A stretch of 63,983 bases of DNA, counting the filler, from Choristocarpus tenellus KU-1152 (taxonomy: Eukaryota; Protista; Phaeophyceae), in the NCBI GenBank assembly GCA_964200185.2. It is 12 parts of 12 records of this genome, joined end to end, with 100 filler letters (N's around TTAATTAATTAA, not from the genome) between each part and the next. Parts side by side here need not be neighbours in the genome. Positions count along the whole stretch, not along the records: positions 48,650 to 52,721 come from CAXNAD020016371.1; positions 52,822 to 55,491 come from CAXNAD020025786.1; positions 55,592 to 58,445 come from CAXNAD020024182.1; positions 58,546 to 61,353 come from CAXNAD020024576.1; positions 61,454 to 63,983 come from CAXNAD020027028.1; 7 more parts are not named here. One strand, written 5' to 3'. Numbering within the stretch: the stretch's first letter is position 1; each line of letters starts with the position of its first letter. Shown here in pieces: positions 52,210-63,983 of the stretch. The position numbers and the translations under genes were made by a program. The notes below the pieces were generated by a model. The model made no database searches. It was not told the origin of the DNA and worked only from the letters and a program-made list of their open reading frames with translations.

Positions 52210-53675
52210 TTGCTCATGAGAGGGCTGGCTCACTTTCTGGGATACTATTTCGAACTACTGTCCTTATCATAACGCCTCATCGAAAACCAAGGTGCTGAAT
52301 TCAGAAAAAATGGGAAACGACAAAGCGTTTCAGCGACAGGTGTGTAAAGTCGAGATTGAAAAAACAAAATCTTAGTAACTAGTAGAAATGGGGTGCTTTA
52401 TACACACTTCCATTCCATTCCCGTTCTTTTGTTCGAGAGATTCTCAACCAATGCTACCATTATATTTGTCCGACTTCTGTTTCTCAAGTTGAAATAATCT
52501 ATTGAGGATTTCCCCAGGAAATAAGCTGGAATTAGGACTTCGACATGTAGAGGCTGATCAAAAACTACAACAAAGAGGGGTAGGGGATAAGGCAACTATA
52601 ACGCGTGAATGGTGGTCGTAGAAGAGTAGGATTCATGAGGTGGGTAGAGGATCATCAAAGAACCTTTAATGACCTTTAACAGGGGATTCGCAAAAATTGA
52701 GGATGGCGCGGGACTATGAGGNNNNNNNNNNNNNNNNNNNNNNNNNNNNNNNNNNNNNNNNNNNNTTAATTAATTAANNNNNNNNNNNNNNNNNNNNNNN
52801 NNNNNNNNNNNNNNNNNNNNNAGTCAATTTTGGGTCAAGCCCATCCTCAATGAAAAGCTCCATCCTCAATTTTTGAAATCGGCTGTTATTGGTAGGCCAT
52901 TGTCCAGTGAATGGGTCTGTCTCCCATTCCATTAATGAATGAATAATAAACTCGAGTTGGGCAGCCCATGGAGGTGTGGGTTCTTCATCTCCATGGGATC
53001 ACAAAACCAGACACAAGCACAATGCTCTTTTACTGAACCAAATATCAATGTATCATTGTCACACAACCCGATTTGCCACTTCTCATTGTTGATCCTTTCA
53101 AGATGTGAAATATATACGATTGATTATCAATAATTATTGCACCACTACAGATACCACAAACAGCCACATGCCATCAGCCACGAGCTGAATCATCAGAGCA
53201 AATATTGGCAAGTATAAATCTGTTAGAATACAAAGAATGAATTGCCCGCTGTCCCCATTCATAAACAAGTAGAGCTGTGTAATGACACCTGTTACCTAGG
53301 GAATCAGTCTTACATGTTACGGGGCCCAGTCATGCCCCAAATCCCTCGCTGCAACAAACAAGCACACCAACTGCCCAAAGCAACAGATACCAGCCAGGCA
53401 CACAAGGAACAAAGCAGCAACATCATTGTTTTGGAGCAGTGCAGCAGCACCTTGGGCAACAACTATAACAAAAAAATATTTTCTGGCAATTCTACATACG
53501 CTTGCCACCTAATCACAACCAATTGCCTTCATTTGTCAACCCACTGAGTGCGGTCTGTGAGGTGTCCCACAAACCATCCCTCCAATGGTTCAACACATAC
53601 ACATTCACAACAAACACTAATCTTCATTCAGGCAGTCTTCCAGTCTAAATGAAACAAATAATGAACAAAGAAAAC

Positions 53676-55491
53676 TAAATTCCTCTCTGCCGCTCCATCG
53701 ATTGGAAGGGGGAAGAAAGGGGAGGGCAGGGTAGCAGGGCTTCGGTTGGGGTTGCCTTTTCCCAACTTCCTCCCTCTTCTGCCTGACCCCCAGCAGGCAT
53801 AACGCCTCTGTACCACTCTCTTATCCTTAAGCACCGAGTCATGCTTTACAACACATCACAAACAGACAAAAAAACCTCCCGTTCACCGAAATGATCACAA
53901 TATCCCATGCAAAAATAAACACATTGGAGACAAAATTAAGACAACAACAGTGGTCAGTGTTTGAGCTCACCCCTTTCACTGCATGCCTCACATACCACCC
54001 CACCTACTAGCCCCCCAACAATCCACACAGTGCTCTTGTGGCAAATACAACAGCACCCAAGCTGCTGCATTGAGCCCCAAAGTCATCAGCAACCCCTGAT
54101 CATGCATTGTCACCCTGAGCCTCCCCGGAAGCGGGGGTTTTTCTGTCGTACTCTTCGGCATTCTTCCTCTTCTTCCAGTCGCTGTGCCAGTGCCAAGATA
54201 GACCCTGTCTCCATAAGATAGCTAACAAGCTCTTCGTTTTCCATCAAGGCTTGACCCTCCCCTCCACAGTGAAGAGCAGATCGATCTGCAGCCACACTGC
54301 TGACCCCCTTATCCATCTTAACCCCAGATCCTCGTCCCTGCCCCCAACGCAATTCCCCAGAGGGTAGACCAGGTGTCACTTCCTTGGACCAAGGTGCTTG
54401 TGATGGGCATCCAAAAACTTTCCCTTCGCGCCTGCTCACTGCTGGAGGTTTTTGTCGTGAAACACAGTTGGGGGCTATAGTTGAAGGAAGAGCAGATGAA
54501 GATGACAATCCTAGTGACTTGATCCCCACATTTCCCTTAGGAGCTACCTTTTCACTTTCAATGAAGATGGGAGTGGCAGCAGGTGTCCCTGCTTGTGCTT
54601 TTGTTGTCACCACCACCGCCGCCGCCCCTGATCCCATGCTCTGGGATGTTGGGTTATGTTTCCCAGGAGTGTTGCAGGGAGAGACCGCCAAAGGAGGGAT
54701 GCTCTCAGCAGGGGCAACATTCCTTCCTCCTGACAGCGAGATCTGCTTATCAACATGGTGCACAGGTCTACCCACTCCCTCTGTCAACGCTGCCATTGCC
54801 TCTACCGACCCCACCTGATGTACACCTGATCTAGCCTTGTGTACCTTACTCAGAGTCATTTCACTCCCCGATGCTGTCTCCACAGGCCTTGTAGTACTTT
54901 CCTTCTTTTCACTAGCAGTAGGTGCACTTGTCACTCCAGGTATAGCTGCAGCTGGTGCTGAGAAAATCAATCCTGAACCTTTAACACTGTTTGAACCCTC
55001 TGGTGCAACAGAAGCAGACCCAGGCACTGGGGTTGCAGGTACAGCCAACCGCACTGCTGTTCTGGGCACAACAGCTGGAGCTGTGTTCCTGACTGAGGGG
55101 CCTGGGTCAGCCCTGACAGGTCCGTTTCCTGACACTGCTGCCAACTCCGCCCTTCCTGGTTGACCTTTTTTCCTCCTTGTCGGCTTGGAGGCTCCAGAGG
55201 CTGCCCCTCCCCCACCCCCTACCCCCACTGTAGGGTTTGTTGCTCCAGACTCTGTGCGTGTAGCACGCAGCGGCAATGAGACGTCTGACCCTGATGACAC
55301 TCCAGAGGGTTGCTGCTGAGTCTTAGCTCCAACAACAACCCAGGGCTGCCCATTGTCCTCCTCTCCCTGTTGGGAATATGAACACAAGGGCATCTGGACT
55401 GACGAAGGGATTGAAGCCAGGACAGGTCGTTGCTGGGCTGTGATCACTGCTTGGCCAGACCCTCCCCTGCTACTACTGTTGCCCACATCAC
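53676..55491 (-). CDS. Partial gene with a long Ser/Gly/Ala/Pro-rich exon (hypothetical)
   Basis: A 458-codon open frame (54110-55486) runs from the contig edge, with a possible further exon at ~53845-53676. Confidence 0.6.
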
Positions 55492-55591
55492 NNNNNNNNN
55501 NNNNNNNNNNNNNNNNNNNNNNNNNNNNNNNNNNNTTAATTAATTAANNNNNNNNNNNNNNNNNNNNNNNNNNNNNNNNNNNNNNNNNNNN

Positions 55592-55856
55592 TGTGTCCAG
55601 AACAAGGATATTGACACTTTTTAATTAATATGATAACCAAAATTACATCAAAATCGCAACATTGGAGTTTGGCCCCCAAATGGACGCGGCTCTGCCCTCT
55701 AAGATAATTTGGCTCAGACACTCCTTTTCATAACGTACATATTTTACCTACTCCGAACCATTTTGGAGTAGGAAATTTCATAAAAAAGCCCACGGGAAGC
55801 CAACCCCCAAATGGACAAACAGAGCAAAACTCCTACCCTCTAAGATACTTTCACTC
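55592..55856. mobile_element. Nested MITE family A copies
   Basis: A minus-orientation copy ending ggctc at 55715 is followed directly by the second half of a plus-orientation copy (55716-55856). Confidence 0.8.
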
Positions 55857-56023
55857 ACCATGGGCCGCAGCACCCGATTTCCAGCTACCCCGTATAAGAA
55901 TCCATTGCGTCATTGAACGTGTCATCAGGTGGAGATTGTTCCCAACCCAATTAGTCAATCCCTAAATCAACCTCTCAACTTCTTGGTGGCACTAAAGTAT
56001 GCAACCACTAGAACTCCCAAGAA

Positions 56024-56274
56024 GAGTGAAAGTATCTTAGAGGGTACGAGTTTTTCCCTGTTTGTCCATTTGGGGCTTGACTACCCATGGGTTTTATGAA
56101 ATTTTCCTACTCCAAAATGTTTCGGAGTAGGTAAAATATATGTTATGAAAAGGTGTGTCCAGAACAAGGATATTGGCACTTCTAAATAAACACAATAGCC
56201 AAAATTACATCAAAATCGCAACATTGGATTTTGGCCTCCAAATGGACGTCTACCCTCTATGATATTTTTGCCTC
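56024..56274 (-). mobile_element. MITE family A copy
   Basis: gagtgaaagtatcttagagggtac...gatatttttgcctc, flanked by AGAA/AGAA. Confidence 0.9.
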
Positions 56275-56578
56275 AGAAGTATATATATATATGTGGAACA
56301 CAAGGGTTCTGATATTCCAGTGCACCACTCAGCATCGATAAATTGTGAGGGCGAGTTTGCACTTTACCATGACCCACCCTGTCACAAAGTCCTCAGGACC
56401 CCATTTGTGACTCCCCCGTGGAGGATCACATATATCTTTGAATGACTTTGAACAGTGGTTTCCACAAGTCTGGATTTCAAGGTTCCTAGTTACCACATGG
56501 AAGAGCCTGTTGCTTCATTGAACGCCATAGGGTTGAGGTTCTAACATCCCTGATATGACAACCGAAAAAGAGAAAGCT

Positions 56579-56837
56579 GAGTTAAAGTATCTTAGAGGGT
56601 ACGAGTTTTGCCCTGTTTGTCCATTTGGGGCTTGGCTTCCCTCGTTTTTTTTTATGACATTTTCCTACCCCAACAAATTTTGGAGTAGGTAAAATGTGTA
56701 CGTTATGAAAAGATGTGTCCGCAACAAGGATATTGACACTTTCTATCAAACACGATAGCCAAAATTACACCAAAATCGCACCATTGGACGCGGCTCCCCA
56801 ATTGGACGCGGCTCTACCCTCTAAGATACTTTGGCTC
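56579..56837 (-). mobile_element. MITE family A copy
   Basis: gagttaaagtatcttagagggtac...taccctctaagatactttggctc, with a small internal duplication of attggacgcggctc. Confidence 0.9.
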
Positions 56838-58372
56838 AGATCGGCGTATCTGACAGGGGGTGGGAGGGGGGACAGATCGCAACAAACGATAATTCGGGCA
56901 TGACAGAGATATTCGTAGAAAGAGGTCGATCATCACATAATGTCAACACTTATAAGCGATCAGTGTTAGCTTCTTCTACTTGGGGACGATAGCAATAATT
57001 GATAAACAATTTGATAATATGGGAAAATAACACTTCTTCTTCTCACTCAGTCGACCATCCATAATGACGATGAAATGCCGCCCCGAAAGAAACTACATCG
57101 AAGAACTATTTTTTTCTACCACCTCCACCATCGACAGTCAATCGACTCCACCGACGTCACTAATTATTCGAGCAAGCAATCCAACGCAGGGCATACATTT
57201 TCACGACGATGAAGCGAAATCTCTGCCGCCCCCCACACACTGTCCTACTAACACCTTCGGCATGGATTCCCATTCAAAAGGGGCCCTTAAAAAGTGCCGC
57301 AACATTTACAAAAAAAACATATGGGCACTTTCCGCGCAACATTTTGGGAAAAATCCATCCTCCATGAAATGATCCATCCGCTATTATCTCGTTCCACTGT
57401 TTTGTGTGGGTATACTTGGTACTGTTGGGAGTGATCCAGGGCTCCAGAAACACAGCATTGCTGTTGGGGTGACAGTAAACTACTTTCAAGTGTTTGACAT
57501 GTGGTATGAAAAGTGAAGAAAAAAATATGTTTGATACATTGGGTCCATGAGAGACACCAAATAGCAAGTTAACAAGAGGTACCCAGGTTTTGGTCGTTTT
57601 TGGATTATGAACCAGTTTTTCAGTCTTTCGCAATTCACCTACATTTTTCTGGATGAAGCGCTAAGGTTGATTTGAGAAGGTGAATTTCTCTAGTGTTTGA
57701 AACGTTTCGACACTTTTCGGGAAAAATCCTCCACGCATTTGAAAAAAAGAGCCCAATTTTGCACATATTTGCCTGCATCCTTAGAGCGCAAACCCGGGTA
57801 CCTCTCGTTGCTTGGACTCAAATAATATGTATCTCCACATTTGTATCGACTTTCTGTGTGGAACTACCCATCCAGGACATATTCATTGATGTTTGGGTGA
57901 CTGACGAATTGAAGCATTGAAGTATATTGTGTTCTTGCAGGAGCATTATTTCTCCATCCATGGGCTGCCGTGTCTCCATCCACCCCTTCGTCCATATTCT
58001 CCCCCCGCTCTTCACCATTCTGGGTTTTATCGTTCTCGATCTCTAATACTAACACTCGAGGAAAATGCCACCATTAGTCCCAAGGGGAGCAATAAGGCCC
58101 TCCTCACTCAGCTCGTACTCTTCATCGTCCTTGGTCGTACTCAGCTTCAGCTTCTTTATCCGGACACATTTAAAAACTTCACTCACGGATAGCAACTCGG
58201 CCAATATGTGCTTCCCCTCTCTCACATTTCGGCCCCTTACCCCAGTTCTTTCCAACCGTTCGCTTCCTCATTATTCATTCTGTCGCAAAGTCCTTATAGC
58301 ACCATTTGTGTTCCCCCTGTGCTAGATTACATGTATCTCGTGAGCGGCTTTGAACTATGAGAGTTTGAGACC

Positions 58373-58445
58373 GAGCCAAAGTATCTTAGAGGGTAGAGCC
58401 GCGTCCATTTGGGGACCAAAATCCAATATTGCGATTTTGTTGTAA
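58373..58445 (+). mobile_element. MITE family A end at contig break
   Basis: gagccaaagtatcttagagggtagagccgcgtccatttgggg. Confidence 0.85.
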
Positions 58446-60981
58446 NNNNNNNNNNNNNNNNNNNNNNNNNNNNNNNNNNNNNNNNNNNNTTAATTAATTA
58501 ANNNNNNNNNNNNNNNNNNNNNNNNNNNNNNNNNNNNNNNNNNNNGTATGGCCAGCCGAGAGAGGCTCGAGAGGTAGACGAGGGAGGCTGGCCATACCCA
58601 ATGCCAGGTGCATGAGCTGTTACAACATTTGGATGCCTTGAGACAGGAGATGACAGAGGCCCGCTATTAATATATGGAGGTATGATAACATCAGTTATTT
58701 TTTGCTGGATTGGTTGTGATTTCAATGAAGGTGACTTGGTGTTCATTTTTCACTTTGTGGTCAACGTGTAGTTTGATCTGACGAGTATCTCCCATAGTAC
58801 AAATCTGGTCAAGCTCTACTCCGAATGGCACATGATGATCCCCTCCCTCTGAAAAAAAATATTTTCGGGAAGCTGTAATTGCTACTTCAGAGTGTTTCTA
58901 CGGAGTCTGGCTTTGGTTCTAGAATCAAGCTATTGCTGCTTCATAATTCAATGCTTGAGGCACTGGGGACCTTCAAGTGCCACTCAAAAGTGAAAATTCT
59001 TCACACAGTTTCACCACAAGAGTTTCTCATCGGGATGAACTATGCAGGCTCAAAATAAGGCAGTGGGCATCAAATCATTGCTAAATTGATAGGTTAACTC
59101 ACCCTAGTCCATCTGATATCTCCACATCAGTTTTCCTGCATCCCTCACCATGTCCCTCCTGGAACTCCCCTTTGATTTCAATTATTTATCTCTATCTACC
59201 CTCCTTCAATTATGCAGGACACCGATGCAGACAAGGCTTGGTTGAAGTTGGGTAATGTCCTGGAGGATTTGAACAAAGCCCAAGGTGAAATTTTAATTAG
59301 AGTCTGGCTTAATGTGCCAGGATTTACACATGAGTGCTTGATGTACATATCTTGAATTTTTGGCCTGTGTGTTGGTTTCGTAACAAAATTCGGATGAAGG
59401 ATCGGTCCCTGACATTGAGTTGCCATGGTTGAGTTGGAATATGCAGTAGAAGGTGTGATGGGCTGAAGGCCTATCATCCGCTCTTCATGACATACGAAGT
59501 GCTTCAATTTTTGTAGGTCTGGGTCCTGTCTCCAATTGATTGGCAGTCCTCTATGATTCTGTCTCACACTGTGGTCACACGTCTTCATGAAGTCACGACT
59601 CACAAGATCCAGCTGGGAAATACGCTGTTACAATATGTGGAAGAATTACTAGTTTGTTAAATACACCAAGAAGTTTGAAAGTGTAGAGGAGGAAAATCAA
59701 GCAAAAATACACGGAAGCAATCACACATGCCAGAATTGTCTTGAACCAAACAGATGAGAAGGCCTTCATGGTGCAGGAAAGGCTCGAAATGGACCAAAGG
59801 CTTCAATATTTCAAGGAGAGAGTGATGGCCCTAGATTTGAGGGTGCATGATCTCGAGGATAAGGTACATGTATGTCTGTTGTGCACCTGAACCATTAAAT
59901 CAACTCATGATATCTTATGGATGGTATCAGGTTAAAAGTTTGACGATATTCTGCATATTTGAGGGAAATTATGGACCAGATGGCCCATAAAGCTCCAGTT
60001 AATAGACAGACTCTGCATGTATATCCATTACTCAAGCAATAAAGAATTTACATGTGCATGCTAGCCCACAGGAGGTGCTTGTTTTATGGCATGGTTATAT
60101 ATCAGCTATTGTCAAAGTGTTTCTTGTTTCAATAGCACACAGCCATAGCGCATAACAAAGCGTCCCTTGCACTACAGTTGACTATTTCTCAAATTTGCTT
60201 ATCCATAGATGAACTTCATAAACCAATTATTGCCTGAATGAAATTTAACACAACATCAGTCACTCTGCCAAGGGACCTAGAAGGATTTGGGGCTCAGTCT
60301 AACGAGTATATCTTTTTTAAATCTCATGGGCGAGGTAGGTGTAGCATTCCATTTAGTTGGCAACTTAGGGAAATTGGGTTCAGGGTACCCATGTCTGATA
60401 GCACATATCTGCTTCCAGGTAGGTCTCACTAATAGCAAATGAAGATCAGTATTGTGCAGATGCCACCTTAACTTGTGCTGTAGCTGTCCAGATAATAATA
60501 TATATATTCTAGATATGTGTAAGGAGTAGCTCAGGATTAGGTGCACTGACGATTCCCTCATCATGCGGCCCTTGTCCTCAAACCTCATGAATTCAACGTG
60601 GCATGAACTGTAGAATGACACCTTGGTGGAGTCTCTTAGCTCTGCGAGGCAGGACATCAGGAACCTCAAGATGAGATCTGTCCTGCAAGAGGCTTTGTTG
60701 GCCTCTGCGTTGACTCGGAACCTAAAGAACAATATGCTAGTCCAAGAGGTTTGTCAGAATTGTGCATGTGGACCTGAGATTTTATGGTTTGCAAGTAGGG
60801 TAAAGGTGGTTTATGAATGTATCTCAAAAATAATGGTAGATACCTGCTTTTGTCACAATCCAATCATAACACCTCAGAGCTTGCTCTGTACACAAATATA
60901 TTTTGTCATATTGTTGATATCATTTTGGGGTGGGCAAAAAATAGTTACAGTGTGACCATTGAGAAATCACGCTGTCATTCA

Positions 60982-61353
60982 CATCTCGTACAACTAACTT
61001 CTCCCACATCTGCTACAACAGAATCACGATCTCCTCTTACCTCTTCAAGCGGCAAGGAACACCATCAGTTGCTTGGAGAAGGAGTCATCCGAGTACAAGG
61101 CTTCTGCAGCTGCTACTATGGCTGAGAACTTCGAGTTGACAGAACTCATAACGTTTTTCAACAACTTACCCTCTGTAGGGTCTTTATGAGTTCTGTCAAC
61201 TCGAAGTTCTCAGCCATAGTAGCAGCTGCAGAAGCCTTGTACTCGGATGACTCTTTCTCCAAGCAACTGATGGTGTTCCTTGCCGCTTGAAGAGGTAAGA
61301 GGAGATCGTGATTCTGTTGTAGCAGATGTGGGAGAAGTTAGTTGTACGAGATG
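60982..61353. repeat. Near-perfect fold-back: 170-bp arms and a 32-nt loop
   Basis: 60982-61151 is the reverse complement of 61184-61353, with one mismatch seen (G61081/T61254). The right arm runs into the contig end. Confidence 0.95.
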
Positions 61354-61453
61354 NNNNNNNNNNNNNNNNNNNNNNNNNNNNNNNNNNNNNNNNNNNNTTA
61401 ATTAATTAANNNNNNNNNNNNNNNNNNNNNNNNNNNNNNNNNNNNNNNNNNNN

Positions 61454-61543
61454 GATGTATGCAACCAAATAACCCAAAAATTGCGACATGAAAGAATTGA
61501 CCCCAAATGGACAGCTGCCACCCCCTCCCAGATACATTGAGTC
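61454..61543 (-). mobile_element. MITE family B end at contig start
   Basis: ccccaaatggacagctgccaccccctcccagatacattgagtc. It abuts a Stowaway-like TIR remnant, tcctccgtccccaaataatt, at 61544. Confidence 0.8.
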
Positions 61544-62149
61544 TCCTCCGTCCCCAAATAATTTTTGGTCGCAATTTTTGACCATATCATTGATCAATGC
61601 ATCGATTACTTATCTGGCGAACGCCCAAACACCCTAAGTTGAACCTTCATCTAACGTGAAGAACATTATGGAAAGTCCTACGGAGTAGATTTGGCACGAA
61701 ATGCAGCAAGGCTGCGGACACGAAGTCTTTCCACAAGATTCCATTGACGGTTTCATAGAACGAGCAAACACTGACTTGGGCAGTGGTATTGCCCTGCAGT
61801 AACCGATGTTGAAAGAGGCTCATACACATCTCAGGCAGGGATTGGTCATACAGGTCAAGTTTTTAATGGCCTACCTACCGACTGCCTCTTCACCATACCA
61901 ACCACGCTCCACACCTGAGTAAAATAAGTGTCAACATCTTTTCGCGTGGTTGGAGGACAACCTTGTTCCTCAGTATTTTAAAATGAGATGGGGGGTAATT
62001 GTTTGTCGTTATTTGTTTCAGAACAAACCAACTGCTAAAAGGAAATGTATGAATGGTAGATTGCAGATGTTCTCAACATTGGTGACATGTTGGTATTGAG
62101 TGTCTTCATGGCAGCAGTGACCAACCTTTCCGCAGGAGCCGGTAGAGAT

Positions 62150-62900
62150 GGAGCATGAATGAACAGGACCCCCCTCATGCAGCATCAGAAATATGCAACG
62201 CCATATGACAATTTGTAACAGTATGGAAAACCAGGGTATTGTGAAATCCTCTTCAAGTCCATGGGTACCTCCTTTTACCACTATAGCGAAACCAGATGGA
62301 TACTCTCGTTTTTGTGTGGATTTTAGGGGGACGATTTTAGAACGAGTCTAATTCGAAATTCGTTGTCAATACCATTAATGGAAGAGTGCTTGACTACACT
62401 GAGTTGGTTCAAAATATTGATTATGTCTGGATATCCAATCAGCCTATTCGCAACTACAAATAGTGAGGAATGCTGATGACAAGAGACTGCCTTCATCACA
62501 ACAGACGAGGAATACGAGCTTCAGGGGTTACCTCTTGGAGGAGAGAACGCACTGTAGGATCTTCCCAACGCCTTTCTGAAGCATTCTAGAATTTGACCTA
62601 GCTCTGGTTTGTTGGTATATCTAGAAAAATTTATTTTTTCATCTCCAACATGAAGACACTACGAACAATTGACTACGACAGACAACAAGTTCAACGTTAC
62701 AATCAGCTGGGGTGTTATTCTAAACCTATCGATCTTGATTTGACTCGAAATAAACCGACTGTCTTCTATGCAATGTGATCCCAGAGGGAATAGCCATAGC
62801 CCCATTCGAATTAAACCTCTTTTAGAATTGCATCCCCCCTCACACGGAAAAAAAATCTCCAAACGTACTTAGGTTGGATGAAGTTTGTGAGGAAAAATAT
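62150..62900 (+). pseudogene. pol: Degenerate Ty3/gypsy reverse transcriptase
   Basis: MENQGIVKSSSSPWVPP...KPDGYSRFCVDFRG from 62223, then TAFIT, YELQGLPLG and LVYLEK across frameshifts. Confidence 0.75.
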
Positions 62901-62949
62901 CCTACTTTTTTGGCAACCACATTGAACCATCATCGAAATTAATAAGTCA

Positions 62950-63044
62950 GGCTCAAAGTATCTGGGAGGGGGTGGTCTACACCAGGGTGTCCATTCGGGC
63001 CCTAAACAGGAGAAGTGCACTTACATTATCCATCCGATGCATGC
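62950..63044 (-). mobile_element. MITE family B long-spacer end, interrupted at 63045
   Basis: ggctcaaagtatctgggagggggtggtctacaccagggtgtccattcggg...aagtgcacttacattatccatccga. Confidence 0.8.
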
Positions 63045-63983
63045 TGTGCAAATTACCTTGGGAGGTAATGCTATTTCTCAGTAGTGAAGATAAGAGGGTG
63101 TGAAGCCTCACATGACTCCTTTGCTGAACGTGAAAAATAATGGATTGTTGAAATTAGAAGAGACTGAAGAAGAATCTGATCGGGATTTCGATATTGCAGT
63201 CGATCCGATACCCCAAGCAACAGGCGTTGGAAAGAACTCAAGTTCACCTAGTGGACAACAGAGGTCAGCTAGGATAGCTGAACAACCCAGGGTGGACTAC
63301 AGGGGTTTACCCTCTGGAGATACAGAAGAACTGGGAGAGAATATAGTGAATCTGCTCAGATCAAGCACGGATGATGCATACTGTTTGATGGGCATGACAG
63401 GTGACATCTCAATAGGCCACCAGGAGCCATCAACCATCGCAGAAGCCCTCGCAGGGCCAGATGCAGAACACTGGAAGAAGGCAATGGAACAAGAAATAGA
63501 GGGCCAACGAAGCAAAGGAACCTTCCATGAGGGAGAGAGTCTGCCACCAGGGAGGAGATCCGTCAAAACCAGATTTATATTCAAAATATATAGGACTGCA
63601 CATGGAGATATCGAAAGATACAAGGCCAGGCTGGTGGCACGGGGCTTTTCCCAACAAGAAGGGGTGGACTACTTCAACACGTTTAGTCCAGTGGTGGGAT
63701 TTGACGTGATTCGGGCAGTCCTGGCTACAGCAGCTAACAGAAACTGGATCAACTCCCTAAACTTCACTCAAGCCTACCTGAACGCACCACTTCCTGAAGA
63801 TGTATGGCTACAACTGCCCAATGGATCCATCGTAAAAGCTGCCAGGGTCATCTATGGCCTTAAGCAATATGGAGGAGTGGTACAAGGAGCTAAAGGTAAC
63901 AATATTAGCTGAGGGGTGGAGTGCTAGTGACTTTGACGCCTGCTTATATATAAAAAGGAGTGAAGATCCAAAATATATGAGAG
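63045..63983 (+). mobile_element. pol: Ty1/copia fragment, same family as the palindrome, retaining the RT N-terminus
   Basis: ORF 63100-63912 shares SARIAEQPRVDYRGL...HQEPSTI with 12418-13881 and continues WKKAMEQE, YKARLVARGFSQQEGVDY, QAYLNA and IYGLKQ. A frameshift lies near 63868. Confidence 0.92.

Noticed and set aside
57274-58325. piggyBac-like transposase remnant
   Set aside because: The similarity is impressionistic, and no TTAA-flanked TIRs or DDD motifs were identified.
58546-60980. ORFs of 100-150 aa upstream of the hairpin
   Set aside because: No recognisable domain or consistent exon chain, so they were left unannotated.

Overview
This is eukaryotic, intron-containing, transposon-rich DNA from a fragmented assembly. 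Twelve contigs are joined by artificial 100-nt linkers (N44-TTAATTAATTAA-N44), so adjacency across a linker is not evidence of linkage. TTAGGG-type repeats, GT-AG introns and the TE complement suggest a stramenopile, possibly a brown alga; this is inference only. Host gene pieces recognisable by eye: a RhoGAP-domain protein with a long low-complexity N-terminus, a class IV PLP aminotransferase/ADC-lyase-like gene, a 7-exon TPR-type protein with conserved His motifs, a Ubl-like plus SPRY-like protein, and several hypothetical multi-exon genes. Most of the rest is TE debris: CRE-like REL-endonuclease non-LTR elements, an RTE-like LINE, Ty1/copia, Ty3/gypsy, a DD39D-type mariner, another DDE transposase remnant, a solo LTR and several MITE families. 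Three observations stand out. (1) The whole contig 8076-14581 is a ~6.5-kb palindrome of two head-to-head, RT-deleted copia copies, which could be a hairpin-RNA silencing locus or partly an assembly artefact. (2) Two internally different MITE families share bipartite, asymmetric ends (AAAGTATCT-spacer-GTCCATTYGGG) with 15-17 bp spacers at one end and 25-26 bp at the other, recalling a 12/23-type rule. (3) A near-perfect fold-back with 170-bp arms lies at 60982-61353. All comparisons were made by eye, with no database searches or alignments.
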